The position numbers and the translations under genes are program-made. Positions 37,401 to 52,400 of a DNA stretch of 64,000 bases are shown one piece after another. This DNA is from Ginglymostoma cirratum. Its lineage: Eukaryota. Every line of letters starts with the position of its first letter. Within the stretch, counting starts at the first letter, position 1. Location of the stretch: NCBI GenBank assembly GCA_024137785.1, contig JAHRHZ010000215.1, positions 740,309-804,308 on the forward strand, written 5' to 3'. The notes beneath the pieces are model-generated. The model was not told the origin of the DNA. It saw only the letters and a program-made list of their open reading frames with translations, and did not search any database.

Positions 37401-40400
37401 GTGACATATGTCACTCCAGCAGCATTCACAGTGGCGTCTGCCAAACCTGCAAACGTGTGAAACACGTTCAACCAAAGGCTGCAGTAGGATTAAACTAAAT
37501 GGAGTGAGATTACAGGTTGAGGGGCTGTTGATTGCTACTCAATGCATAAGTGCAGCAACAGATGCCTGTAAGTTTAGATGATGGCCTATTTGCCGGGATA
37601 ATATGACAAACAACTGCAATAAATTACTTCAAGATGCACTGACTGCTGCCATGTCAAGAAATGTAGCCATGCATCTGTACACAGCAAGATCCCACAGCAC
37701 AACTCAATGATTAGTGCCTCCCTTTTGATGACACTGGTTGAGGGAGGAACATTGGATCAGGGAACCATTTTGCCATGGGATTGCTGGTCGCAGCAGAGGG
37801 CAAGACCTTACCTGAAGGATTACAACCTAGGTGACATGGCACACCACCAGGATAATCTGCTTAATTAACGTGCTCAAATCCAACCTTCTGCCATAAGTAG
37901 CAGTATTGGCGACGGAGCCATAAGAGTGTGGGTAAGACTAATTTTACAAACACTCTCTCAGCAGAGTAACAGGTTATTTGGTCTAACTGATCCATGAGGG
38001 TGTTCATGTTTCATATGAACCTTTTTCCAGTTTTTAAAAGGTACATTAAATTTTTACAGTGTTACGTGAAAACGGTGCTTTAATATTAAATTAGGAGAAC
38101 ATTAGGTAGATCCCACTTTACAATGTCACATTCTACAAAATCAAGATGGCTGATTTTATTTAGAAAGCTGGAGTGGTAAATTACAGTAACAAGTTGTATT
38201 TGCTTTATAATTTAATGAAGCAAAATAAAATCTCAGCACTTAAGATGAATGGGGCAACAAGAATAAAGGTAGTTTTTCAGTAAGGTGTAACGTCAAGTGA
38301 ATCACTTCTGCTTAATTTTCACATAAGCGTGCATCCTGCCCTGTAAATTTGAGAACTGTCTGAGTGAAGAGATCTCCACATTGTAACAAAACTTAAGGAT
38401 ATTCCAAGCGCTTCCTCTCAAAAGCAACAATGTAGGATTTCTTATAAAGGGAGGAAATATTTCACGTTCTGAAAACATGATTGCGAGGCTAACCTCCTAG
38501 AATTCCCAACACTGGTAAAAACCAGAAAATGGATAAACCATATCTAAGCTCAGTCACTTTAGCATAGCGGGGACTGTTTGACAATTCCAGAGGGTCACTG
38601 ACCTACTATTTCAGCCTCCTACATTAGTCAGCATTCACACTTACTGCAGGTCTTCCAGGTCGTGAGGTAGTGCGTATCTCCTCTGGCTTTCCCCGGTTTG
38701 TATCCTGTGAGAGAATTGGCGATCCTTCAGGCTTGGAGGAAGCTGGTGGTGTATTTGTGCGTATGGGTATGGGGGTGGAAAGAGGGGAAAAGAAAAGTCG
38801 CAAGTTAACAAATGCAAGCCAAACAAATAGCACTTAGCTAATTCAAGTCAAGTTAAGGTCACTGATGTTTTGACTCTAAAACAATAATCTCGAAATGAAC
38901 ACATATCTAGGTTTTAAACATTCCTGATAATGTTATTTTTGTTTTAAAAAATCTTCACTTGTCTCCTCTCAGATCAATCTCTACAGTTGAACATACTGAG
39001 CTCAAAATATCCAAATAACAATCCAACCTCCACAGAAATACTTGAGGTGACTGAAGACTACCTTTCATATCCTCTATGTGCCAAAACCACTTAGTCACTG
39101 TTCAAAGTACAATTGATATCATAATGTAGAAACATGACGATCAACCTAAATGAACAATGCTGTTAATGCTCCATTTGAGCATTCTTCCTCTTGATTATTT
39201 CCTCTCAAATTAACTTTTTTCTTCTTTCGCCTTCATCTACTTACATAGCTTTCCTTTAAAAACATTTTCCTTCAACTATTCATTGTGGTAGTGCAGTCTT
39301 ATCATTCACTGAATAAGACAGTTCTTAAAAGACAATCCTTGCTGGATTTATTCCTTATACTTTACAACTACTGTAGACATACAGCAACAGCAGGAAAGGC
39401 TCACCAAGGTGGTTCCTGGGATGATTAACTGGCATTTAGAAGAACATGAGTGGATCTCATTCAAACATAAAATTCCATAGGGCCAGACTGAATACAAGAA
39501 TGATGTTCTCCCTGGCCAAGGAGGGGATTTAGTCCCAGAACTAGAGGTCATCATAGCTTCAGGATAAAGGCTCAGCTATTTTGGACTGAGATGAGGAGAA
39601 CCAATTGTAAACCACAAGTCACTATTTAAGAAAGAAATAGATTTCTAAAGACTAAGACACTAGGGCGGTACAGTGCCTCACAGTGTCAGTGACCCAGGGC
39701 AACTGTCTATATGGAGTTTGCACGGTCTCCCCATGTAGTGTAGGGGATGGGCTTAGATTAGTTCACAGGTCGGCACAACATCGAGGGCCGAAGGGCCTGT
39801 TCTGCACTGTATTGTTCTATGTTCTATGTTCTATGTTCTATGTTCTATGTTCGCGCGTGTTTCCTCCGGGTGCTCCAGTTTCCTCCCAGGTCCAAAGATG
39901 TACACATTAGATGAACTGGCCAAAAAGTAAATTGCCCTGTACTGTTCGTGGATGTGTGGGCTAGGTAGGTTAACCACAGTAAATAGGGAGTTATGGGGAT
40001 AGGATGGGATGCTCTTCAGAAGGTTGGTGCAGACTTGATGGCCAAATGTCCTCTCTGCATTGTAGGGATTCCATGATTCTTTGATTCTAAGGCCATCAAG
40101 GAGTATGGGCAGAGACAGGAATTCGGCAATGTGAATCATGGAGCAGGCTTAATGACCTACTCCTGCTTTTTATGTAGATGTCAGCATACGAGCTGACCTT
40201 TGCAGCCTTGAAAAATCCCTCCAAGAATCAGGAAAGTCAATTTATATGCCAAGTGTAAGAATGAACTTGGCACATAAAGCTTGTTGGTTTTTGCGCAGAA
40301 GTTTTTTTTTCTTTTTCCTGAAGAAGGGTCACTGGACCCAAAACATTAACTCTGATTTCTCTCCACAGATGCTGCCAGGCCTGTTTTTTCCAGCAATTTC

Positions 40401-43400
40401 TCTTTTTGTACATAAGGAAGGGTATTGTCTTATACACAGCAATGTGGCTGACTCTTAATTAAGGATGGGCAGAAAATGCTGGGCTGGCCAGCGAAAAACT
40501 CACCCATGAATGAATTAATTTAAAAAAACTGGGTTAACACTTATGCTGTGATCTAGGGTATGATCCGTCATTTTGATTTTCTGCACAAGTAGAAATATTT
40601 TCTCTGCATCTACTCCACCAAAGCCTTTCACAATCTTAAAATATGAGAACAGAGCTCAGTAAGCAGACAGCCCAGAGTCTGGGAAATGCTAAGGGCAATC
40701 TGAGTGCAAGTTGAGCGAGCCAAAGATGGACAATGGAGGCTAATAGTTAGGACTTAGCATGTTAATCATTATTTTCCATGTCGTGTAGTGCTGGGTGTTC
40801 CCTGCTCTTCAGCAAATTTTCCAGCAGTGCCTTGGAGTACTGCCAGGGTATACCTCGATGTATTTCGACCACAGAAATTTTAAGACGATCTTACATAATC
40901 ATAGCTATTGGTAAAAGATTGAATATTTTAGAGCTTTTCACTTTGTGCAAGACTTTGAAGTGGCCTTAAGAATAGTGCCAACTTGATCTGACGACTTACG
41001 AGCCAGATTTCAATTTAGATGCACTTAATTCAAGTACTTTACAGTATATAGAATATGCAATGGAGCAAATCTGCTGGCAATAAGCCATATGATGACCAGC
41101 TTAAAATTTTGTTCCTAAATATATTGAGGTTTTCTAAACAGTACTTCAAATCAGCCAACTTACTTGTAATTCTGTTGCGCTCCATGGAACCAGTCCCAAG
41201 TACCCGGTGGGGGCCAATCAGTGGGAGACTTTCTGCCCTTTCCCATCCTGGCTCAATCCTGCGTAGATCCGGATTGCTATAACCAAAGCAGGACACCCAA
41301 GTTAGGCAACCGTTTGTGAGGCATAATATCCCATAGCGACATGACTGGCTCAAGGTTTCACTTTAGTAAACGATTAAACTGTGCATAAAGCACCCATCCA
41401 GAAAACACGCAACAAATACATGGCAGTTTGCAACTGTGCTGCTAAGTTGAATTTTTGGGCAAGTTCCTGCCAGGAACTTAAAATCCAGTCAGCCAGTCAT
41501 TAAAAAAAGACAAAAATGCATTTGCATAACACCTTTCCCAACCACAGGGAACCCCAATATTCTTCACAATCAATTAGGTATAACCGAAGCACCAATGTGA
41601 CGTGGAAAAATGCAACCAGTTTTCACACAAAGGCCCCATAAGTAGCAATGAGCTAACATCCAGATCACATGTTATAAAAGAGTAGTGAGGTCAGTTATGT
41701 TATTAGTGAGGGACTGAAGAAGGAAAAGAAAGGTTCAGGGCCAAAAAAAAACTAGGAGTAGCAGTACGCCAGCTAGCCCTTCAGGCTTCTGCTCCATTTA
41801 GTAAGATCAAATTCCACATGCCCATTAATTCCCAATGCGCTTTTAACTTTACTGCCTAAATTCAATAAGCCCCACCTCCACCGCCTTCTGATGTGGAGAG
41901 TTCCAAAGTTTCAAACTTCAGAAAAAAATTCCCCTCATCTCTGACCTAAAGGGGCAACCCCTAATTTTAAAACAGTGTATCTTAGCTCTGGACATACTCA
42001 CAAGACTAAACAGACTTTCCATGTCTAACCTGTCACGACCATCTTACACTTCAATTAAATCAGCCCTAGCTCTTCTAAATCCTAGTCAACAAGCCTAATT
42101 GTCTAATCTTTCTTCGTAAGACAACATGTTCATTCCAAGTATCAATCTAAGAGCCCTTTTCTGAACTACCTCAAATGCATTGCTTACATGAGAAGACTGA
42201 TGCTGCCTACAGTATTTGCGATGAGATCTTATGAAGGCTCTGCATAACTGGGCCATAGTACACTACTTTTATAGTCAATTTCTGTCACAATAAAGAATAG
42301 CATCTCATGAGTCTTCTTGATTAAATGTTGTAGATGCATACTAACCTTTTGAGAGAGTTATACACCAGAACACAAGGATCGCTTTGCACCTTGGAATTCT
42401 ACAGTTGCTCATTTTTAAAATAATTTTTAAATGAACAACCTCACATTTTCCCATATTCAGTGTAATGTGGTAGTATCAGATTAGTCATGATCTTATTGAA
42501 TGACACAGTAGACTCGAGGGAACAAGTGGTCTACTCCTGCACCCAAATTGTATGCTTGTATCACATTGACCAGGGCATTGCTTTCCCGTGAAACAATGGT
42601 CAGAGAATTTCACTTCATTTAAAAACCACTAATACTCTTGAACAGGTACCAAGATTACTTAGTCTAAACAACAGGTGATGCATCCACTTATATATCAGTA
42701 AAATAAAGGAAGAATTGATCTGCTATTTCAGTCTTCATGCCTATGGCCATTCAAACACAACACAATCATTACCTGGCCGATTTCCACAGGTACTGAGAAT
42801 CAGAGAAGGGCCGAGAAGTGAAGGGAATAGCACAGGGCACAGGGCAGCTAGAAGTAACACCATCCTCAAACTAGTTTGCACTCTGCAACCTGCTTCATGC
42901 CATGCTGAAGCAGCTATGAACTGACAAAGGAAGGTGTCCATGGGATATGCTCACTATGCAAGATACTGGAATGAGAAAGGTTAGACAAATCTAAACAGAG
43001 ACAGATTTCCTGCTTGCATTTGGGCAAGCCAGCTCCCATCTTTGTTCTTCTTTAAAGGCTGAAAGCATTGCTGGCCACGGCATTTATTATTCCTCCCAAA
43101 TTGCCCTTGAGAAGGTTTGTGAGCTAAGTTGACCATGACAATCCATGGGATGCAGGGGTATCCACAATGCTCTTAGAAAGGGAGTTCCAGGATTCTGAAC
43201 CAGAGACACTGGAGGAACAGCAATACATTTCCACATCAGGACGGGTGCATGGCTTGGAGTGGAACATGCAGGTGGTGGTGTTCAAATACATCTCCTGCCC
43301 TCATCTTTCTCGGTGGCAGTGGATACAGGTTCAATAGGTGATGTTCAAGGCATGTTGGTGAACTACTAAAGCACATCTTGTATAATATGCACAATACTGA

Positions 43401-46400
43401 CACTGTGCGTCGGTGATGGAAGGAGTAAATGCTGAAGTGCTGAATTGGGTGATTAAATAAGTGGCACTGCAGAGCTACAATTGGTGGGTGGATCACAGAA
43501 TTTGGACACAATTAGTCATAGAGATATACAGCATGGAAACACACCCTTTGGTCCAACACGTCCATGCCGACAGGATATCCTATATAAATCTAGTCCCATT
43601 TGCCAGCATTTGGCCTATATCCCTCTAAACCCTTCCTATTCATATACCCATCCAGATGCCTTTTAAATGTTGTTCTGGTACCAGTCTCCACCACTTTCTC
43701 TAGCAGCTCATTCCATACACGCATCACCCTCTGCGTGAAAAGCTGACCCTCAGGTCCCTTTTAAATCTTTCCCTTTTCACCTTAAACCTATGCCCTCTAT
43801 TTGTGAACTCCCTAACCCAGGGAAAAGACCTTGCCTACTTACCCTATCCATGCCCCTCATGATTTTATAAATCTCTGGAAGGTCACCCCTCAGCCTCTGA
43901 TGCTCCAGGGAAAATAGCCCCAGTCTATTCAACCTCTCCCTATAGCTAAAACCCTCCAACCCTGGCAACATCCTCGCAAGTCTTCCCTGAACCCTTTCTA
44001 GTTTCACAACATCCCTCCTATAAGAGGGAGGCCAGAATTGGATGCAATAGACCAAAAGGAGCCAAATGAATGTCCTGTACATCTGTAACATGACCTCCTA
44101 ACTCCTATATTCAATGCACTGTCCAATAAAGGGAAGCATACCAAACACCTTCTTCACTACCCTATCCGAGACTCCACTTTCAAGGAACTTTGAACCTGCA
44201 CTCCAAGGTCTCATCGTTCAGCAACACTCCCCAGGACCTTACCATTAAGCGTATAAATATTGCCCTGATTTGCCTTTCCACAATATAGCACCTAACAGTT
44301 ATCTAAATTAAACTCCATCTGCCCACCTCAGCCCATTGACCCATCTGGTCAAGATCCCATTGCAGTCGGAGGTAACCTTCTTCACTATCCACTAAGCCTC
44401 CAGTTTTGGTGTCACCTGCAAACTACTAACCATACCTATGTTCACATCCAAATTATTATACAAATGACAACATGCAGTAGACCCAGCACTGATCCTTGCA
44501 GCACACTCTGGTCACAGGCCTCCAGTCTGAAAAGCAACCCTCCACCACCACCCTTCGTCTTCTACCTTTGAGCCATTCCCATATCCAAATAGCTAGTTCT
44601 CCCTGTATTCTGTGTCATCTAACCTTGCTAACCAGTCTACCATGAGGAACCCTGTTGAAAACCTTAATGAAGTCCATAAAAATCATATCCAATGCTCTGC
44701 CTTCATCAATCTTCTTCATTACTTCTTCAAAAATCTCAAACTAGTGAGGCACGACTTCCCACACACAAAGCCATGCTGATTATCCCTAATCAGTCCTTGC
44801 CTTTCCAAATACATGTAAATCCTGTCGCTCAGGATTTCCTCCAACAACTTGCCCACCACTGATGTCAGGCTCACCAGTTTATAGTTCCCTGTCTTTTCCT
44901 TCCCAAGTTTCTTAAACACTGGCATTAGCCAACCTCCAGTCTTCCGGCACCTCACCTGTGGCTATTGATGATACAAATATCTCAGCAAGGGGCCCAGCAA
45001 TCTCTTCCCTCGTTTCCCACAGAGTTCTAGGGTATACTTGATCAGGTCCTGGGGATTATCCACGTTTATGTATTTTAAGACATCCAGCACCGCCTCTTCT
45101 GTAACATGGACATTTTTCAAGATGTCGCTATTTATTTCCCCACATTCTCTGTCTTCCATATCCTTCTCCACAGTAAACACTGATGCAAAATACTCATTCA
45201 GAATCTTCCCCATCTCCCGCGGTTCGACACATAGGTGACCTTGCTGATCTTTATTCTCCAAGAGAAAAGTGCACAAATGAGTGAGCAAAGATCAAGGCAA
45301 AAGGAATATTTCACACGAGATGGACTTAGTGCAACTGAGGCAAATTCAATGAGGTGACACTATAATTGATTTGGGAACCGCACTAAGGGTTCCAGTCGCT
45401 ATTATGGCTATTGGTTCATAGTGACTGGATGACTGGCATTCTGATCTAACAAATAAATCTCCTGGATTTTACTCTTAAAAGTGGAATCTTACAATTCATT
45501 CTCTTCCTCATGAAGACCATAAGTCAGTGGTCTTGAGCACGCACATTAGTTTAATGGCTTGCTGTGTATTTCCAGCATCGTCTGTATTTCACTCAGTTTG
45601 ATTAATCACCGGGTTGGCTGCCTGCTAAACTTGGATGAATAGAAGAGAACAAGGGGACAAGAGAGTGTTGAACGGTTTATATTACCTTGCACGCGGTGCC
45701 TGCCCCGGTCGATTTATCAGAGCACTACTGCTGTTCAGTGCTGTAGCTATGGAGGTCGTTCTCTGAGGAACCTTCAGCCAAAAAGAAACAAATCTGTTCA
45801 TGTTCAATTCCAACAGCAAATCTACTCTGAAGAAAATATGGAGTTAGGCTGTGAGACTTTCTTTTCAAGTCATACTTCGATGGATAAATTCCCTTTTGGA
45901 AGGCCATTGTGACCTGGCATTTGTATCGAGTACTGCTGTATTTAAAACGTAAGTACTGTGACTTGAACTTCAGGTAGGGTCTGACAGCCATTTGCTCATT
46001 TAGAGGTCAAATCACACGGTGAGAATTATTTTAGCTTCATTAACAGTGGCCAATTAATTACACGCTCCAGGCACAGGGGATTGCATGATAACCTGTGTAA
46101 TACTCCATCTGTTACTGAAGTCAATCTGCAAGATAATTTCAACTACCTTCTGTTAATAATGGGAGCTGCAATTAATACCTTGGCAGACAGTGTTAAAAAG
46201 TTTCATTTATACGCTCTCTCCCATCTTGCAGAAAGAATTCAAGAGTAGTTTCTGTACAATGAGCAAGTCTGGAACACAGTTACTACCAATGTCAACATAA
46301 TGAGCTGTTATTTAGAGGCAAATGATTTTTTTAAAAAAATCAATTCATGAGATGCAGGCATCACTGGGTGGACCAGAATTTATTGTCCATCTTTAATTGC

Positions 46401-49400
46401 TCAGAAGGCAGTTCAGAGTCAACCACCTCGTTTGGGTCTGGAATCACAAGCAGGCCAGACCAGGTAAGGATGGCAGTTTCCTTCCCCAAGGACATTGGTG
46501 AACCAGATGGGTTTTCGCAATGGTTTCATGGTCGTCATAAACTCTCATTTCCAGATTATTATTGAATTCAAATTCCACCATCTGCCATGATGGAATTTAA
46601 ATCTGGGTCCTCAGAACATTACCTGGGCCCCTGGATTAATAGTTCAGCAATAATACCAGCAGGTCTTTGCCTTTCCTAATGTAAAAGTCAATGAGTTAAT
46701 CATTTTTCTTTAATTGTGATGGATGAGATTAGAATATTGGTCCAGGGCACTGAAAGAAATTCCCCCAACTATGTAACCTCCTCAGCAGTCCCATCCTCTG
46801 AAAACTCCGTATTCCTCACACTTTGATTTTTTGCACCCCCTTATTTTCCTTGACCTCAAAACCACTTGCCTTCAGCCAAGGTCCTATGCTCCAGAATTCC
46901 CTTCCTAAACCTCTCCTCCAAGATGCTCTTTAAAATCTACTTGTTTGACCAAGATGGTTACTAGTCACTTGGCTAACTAAAATCTATCACGGCATATCAT
47001 GTGGCAGCCTTGTTAAATTGTGTCTAACATTGCTGTCAAGTGGCACTGAGGGGTTTCCCTGCAGTTGAAGCACAACAGAAATGCAAGCTGCTGTGATTTC
47101 AAAGTTTGTCTACATAATCGTTCAGCCATTTTAAGATAAAGATGCTTCAAGAGTCAAATCAGTCCTTTAAAATGTGTCATCAAAAACACAGCACTTCTAA
47201 CACTGCGACAATTCTACATCGAAGTGCCCGACTACATTTTTAATTAAGGTGTTGGAGTAATACTGCAACTCACAACCTTCAGACTCAAATGGTGAACATA
47301 CTAAGCCACACTATGCCTTCATCACCTATTGGCAGCCGTTAAACGTGGTTCAGTCACAAGCAAGTTTTGAGACAATGCACGGAGAATCGGCTGTGACTCA
47401 GGGATGAGCTTCCACCCAGAACAAAACACTGGGATCAGTCCCCACTCTGAGATGGCTATGTGGATCATAAGTGTAAAGAACCTTGGATGCAAACAAGCAT
47501 AAGTGCTTTTATTCTATCATGGAGTGGGAGCATCACTAGCAAGACCAACACCCCTAACTTCACTCTGATTGGTTGGCTTACTTGTCCATTTTAGAGAGTC
47601 AGTTACATGGTTGTGTGCCCACAGTCACTTGTAGGCCAGAAAGAGTAAGGACTGTAGATTTACTTTCTTCAAGGACATTAGTGAACCAGATGGTTTTTTA
47701 ACAACCAATGTTAGTTTCATGGTCACCAGGACTGAAGTCAGCTTCGAATATCAGATGTGTTTTATTGAAATTAAATTCCTCCAGTTGCTGTGGTGATTTG
47801 AATCCACAACCTCAGGGTACTAGCCTAGACTATTAGTCCAGTAGCATTACCACCACACCAATGTCTCCCACAAATTACACAGCAAAACATGCTCAAGGAA
47901 CAGAAGATCATTAGACCCATCTAGCCTACTCCATTTTCAGTACATCCACAGCTGACCTATACCTTAATTCTATTCACCCAATTTGCTTCTTTAATTCTTC
48001 ACATACTTGCCAAAAATCAACCTCATTATTTGGCTCAAAGATGACAAGGATGGCTTGTGTGTGCAATAGAAACGTCAGTGATGCAGCAACAATACTCTTT
48101 TGAAATTGGGGATTGATATGAGATTCTGTTCAGATACATCTGCAACCAGCTGATGCCATATAAGACTGTGGCAGTGATAGGAATGGCAGAAGAAGCTTCT
48201 CATCTGATCCTCCGTGTACCTGACCTGGGCGTGCTCTGGGTGCTACAAGATGGGAAAATGTGCATTAATCATCCACCTTCATGATCTGAAACTCTCAGAG
48301 GAATAAAATGCTGGGTGTTTGATTTATGCTGCAATTAATCACAAGGAAATGTCACAAAAGCTCTTCAAAAGCACAACCAAGTTGTTGAGTTTTGAAACAT
48401 CTCAAATATACATACTGATTCATTATGATCTCATTCACGCCTTGTCCCTTCACCTGAATGGTATCAAGACAGCTTTTTCTCAGCCCCTCGTACTTGAAGT
48501 ATTAATCCCCAGTGTTGCATTTGGGCAAGGCAAGAGCAAAGGTAGAGTTCAGATGAAAGGAGTTAAGGTTTTGGCGTTAGAGAGCAAGTGTAAAGAAACA
48601 TATCGCATTACAGCGTCATTTGGAAGCCATGTGTTCTGCCCTACCATAAATAATGCCATTACAAGTTCCCAACTCCACATTTACTATGGAAACTTCCCAA
48701 GTAAATTATACCGTGATTATTTTCTCCTACCAATGGTGGCACTGTAAGAAAGGGTACAACGACCAAGTAACTTGTTTACACAGGCAATCAGCATTCTAAA
48801 ATGTGGGCACAATGATTACAATGGAAAAGTTTACAGAAAGCTCCCACAATTGTAAAATGTAGACTAAAATAACTCTGGAACCTGTGGCACAGTCAAATTC
48901 ACCACATCAGTCGTTACTCAGGCATAACAGGTTACAATCTCTCAATTTTTCGTAAAAAAAAAAAACAGACAAAGCATGGTAGGTAAGAACATAATAACAG
49001 AAGACCAACCAAAACTGTATGGCACAAGCCTCAAGATAGAAGGCACACTATTCTAATAGTAGCATAATTCACAATTCATTGTGCACAGCTTTGGTCTCCT
49101 TACCCAAAGGAGTGTACACTTATTAATGAAGGTTTACCAAGCTAATTCCTGGGTGCAAAGGATTATCCTACGAGAAAAGATTAAATACTCTGGACATTTA
49201 ATCTCTGGAGTTAAGAATGAGTGGTGATCTCATTCAAAAATACAAATTTATTGCAGGGCTTGACAGGTTAAATGCAGGAAGGATGTTTCCCCTAGGACCA
49301 GGAGAGAGAGTCTCAGAATATCAGTAATGCATTTAAAACAGAGATGAGGAAGAATTGCTTCACTCAGAGGTGGTGTCTGTTTGGAATTCTCTACCCCAGA

Positions 49401-52400
49401 CAGCTGTGGAGGTTTCATCATTATGGTCAAAACTGAGATTGATAAATTTTTGTATATTAATAAAATCAAGGGATAACAGGAAAATTGAACTCAAGTACAA
49501 GATCAGCCATGACCTGCATGAAGGCTGAGGGGGCCCGAAGGGCAGAGTAATCTAATCCTGTTCTTAAATTCTTTTCCAGTTGTGAGTGCTTTATCAGCAT
49601 TTTCCTATCTAATGCACTGCAAGGTCTTTCAGTTCCCGTTCTGTTTCAAACTTGTACCTTGGGAGGTGCCTCATCTTCCATCTTCACCCATGGCCCAGAG
49701 TCGTCTCTGTTGCTGGCACGGGGTGGGAGTACAGGTGTCTCCGAGGTCGGGTCAGAGTTCTGACGCAGCATCTCACCACGCTTCACTGGTGCAGGCTCCT
49801 GGGTCGGGAAGGCAGCGACATTCTTGGTCGGTTGGTCTTGGAGTGACTGAGACCGCGGTACCGGTGCTGACGACGGCTTCAGCGCAACAAGGTGCGCCAC
49901 TTGAAACTGCAAGAGACGCTCCAGTGAGAACTCAAAGGACACTGGAACAGCAGAGGCCAACTGATACTTGCTACACAATCATTAATGCCCCACCTCAAAC
50001 TCACACAAATACAACAGTTGCTGCAAATCTGAAACAAATGCAAAATAAAAATGGAGGCAAGACATGGCACAGTCCAAAAGCTGAATCATTAATCATTTTC
50101 TCATTTCACTGATGCTGCCTACGCGGATAAGCATTTCCAACATATTCTGTACATGTTAAGTCAACTTCTTCTGTCACCCACATATTCAATTATCAGAGAT
50201 TCATGGAAAATTATTGCAACTATCAATTTTTCGTTGCATAACACCAGTGATCACAAGAACTTGAGCCTCAGATACTTAGCATCTATATTAATGATTTAGC
50301 AGGAAGTTGAGGGCATTTACTCTCAATACAAAGTTACATATGATGGAAAGTGCTAAAGCTGCAGACAGATTGGTGCATGACTTGATGGACTGCTGCACAG
50401 GGAAAGCAACGTTAACAGTTTGAAGAAGAACTACCTTTGACTGGGCTCCCTGCGGCTCCACAGGTCGGTGCATGGGTGGCGTCTGAGAGGTCTGGGCAGC
50501 ACTGCTGGGTACAGATTCAGTGAGTGACTGCAGTGATGGATCAGATATTGTTGTCCCCATCTTAGGCTTTGCACCAGGAGAGTTCTGCCTGTTCATTTTG
50601 GAGCGTTCTTCAACCTTCACAGGCAAGGGGGGGTAGGGCGCAGACGCCACCCAGGCACCGACGTGTGGAGCCGCAGGGAGCCCAGTCAAAGGTAGTTCTT
50701 CTTCANNNNNNNNNNNNNNNNNNNNNNNNNNNNNNNNNNNNNNNNNNNNNNNNNNNNNNNNNNNNNNNNNNNNNNNNNNNNNNNNNNNNNNNNNNNNNNN
50801 NNNNNNNNNNNNNNNNNNNNNNNNNNNNNNNNNNNNNNNNNNNNNNNNNNNNNNNNNNNNNNNNNNNNNNNNNNNNNNNNNNNNNNNNNNNNNNNNNNNN
50901 NNNNNNNNNNNNNNNNNNNNNNNNNNNNNNNNNNNNNNNNNNNNNNNNNNNNNNNNNNNNNNNNNNNNNNNNNNNNNNNNNNNNNNNNNNNNNNNNNNNN
51001 NNNNNNNNNNNNNNNNNNNNNNNNNNNNNNNNNNNNNNNNNNNNNNNNNNNNNNNNNNNNNNNNNNNNNNNNNNNNNNNNNNNNNNNNNNNNNNNNNNNN
51101 NNNNNNNNNNNNNNNNNNNNNNNNNNNNNNNNNNNNNNNNNNNNNNNNNNNNNNNNNNNNNNNNNNNNNNNNNNNNNNNNNNNNNNNNNNNNNNNNNNNN
51201 NNNNNNNNNNNNNNNNNNNNNNNNNNNNNNNNNGCAAGTGAATCAATAGCTCAAATAAAATCAAGCAGATGATGCGTGTTCCTCAGGCTTGGCTTTGTAC
51301 CACTAAGTTCCAGGATCAGTTTTGTGTGCAAAAGAAACCTGTAGCAAAATGCATTGCCATTCTTAATATCTTGCTTCCCCCAGGACATAATTAGGGACAC
51401 TAAATACAACAAATGTGGAGGCTAGCAATTCTGAACGGATTGTTATATGTCACCAATTATTTATGCAATTTACTCTTCCTCCAGACAAGATACGGTCAAC
51501 TATATTTTTTGATTCTCTGGTGGGGTGTGGGCATCACTGTCTGGACCAGTATTTATTGCCCATCCCTAGTTGCCCTTGAGAAGTTGGTGGTGAGCTGCGT
51601 TCTTGAACTGCCTCAGTCCACTAGATGCTTCTAGATGGTAGTGGTCGTGGGTTTGGAATGTGCTGCAGGGCATCTTGTAGATGGCACATACTGCTGCAAC
51701 TGAGCATTGGAGGAGAATTCCTTCATTATAATGGTGCAGACATTGCAGTGCCCAGTACCCAATGATGCACCATACAACCTCGACCCAGTTGTGCCTCAAT
51801 CCTGTACATACCATTCGTGAGCTTTGACTGCTCTGTTTTATAAACACTGAAAATTAGAGACAACCACATGATACACATTTGATGCCCTTTTCAGATACTC
51901 TACTCTCTTAAAAATACAGGAAAGAAAAATAAAGAGCACTCGATTTCAGATGTGTTTGCTGAATGCCTGGTCTTTTAATTTCAAGAACTAAAGATTTTCC
52001 CCACTCCAGGAAGAACCAAATGTTGCAGTGTACAGAATCTCAGGCTCACTGGACACAGTTGACCATACAATGAGCTGACTGCACTACTGGGAAATGTAAA
52101 CCAGACATCTTTACATTCTCATTATCTCCTCATTACATCTTCCTCAGGACCCCAGAAAGTGATGTGAAGAGCTGTAGCATGCAAGACAGGCAGATCTGTA
52201 AGAGTGTGACAGTGTGAGCACAAGTGGGTCTGTGTGGGTGGACTGGTAAGTAAAGTGAAGCACAGTTATTGCACCATGTTTACTTGAATCTTTTTGAATT
52301 GAAAGGCGTTCCACAAAGCACAGCAATCAGATACAAGGACCGTGTCTGCAAGTTCCCCTCTACACAACACCAACAGAGAATTCTAGGAGTAACTTGCCCA

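Noticed and set aside
37811-37825. 15-nt AG/GT-bounded segment (VVILQ) as a second microexon
   Set aside because: Poor polypyrimidine tract, and it lies inside a decayed DeuSINE-like repeat.
41277-45685. Orthologue of the mammalian MINK1 alternative exon RPRSNSAWQIYLQRR...
   Set aside because: No matching codons were found by eye; the flanking exons join in frame without it.
49582-50112. 176-aa + strand ORF
   Set aside because: It is antisense to GC-rich MINK1 exon 49658-49906.
50569-51264. Long ORFs spanning N runs (also 61458-62126)
   Set aside because: These are artefacts of translating through gaps.
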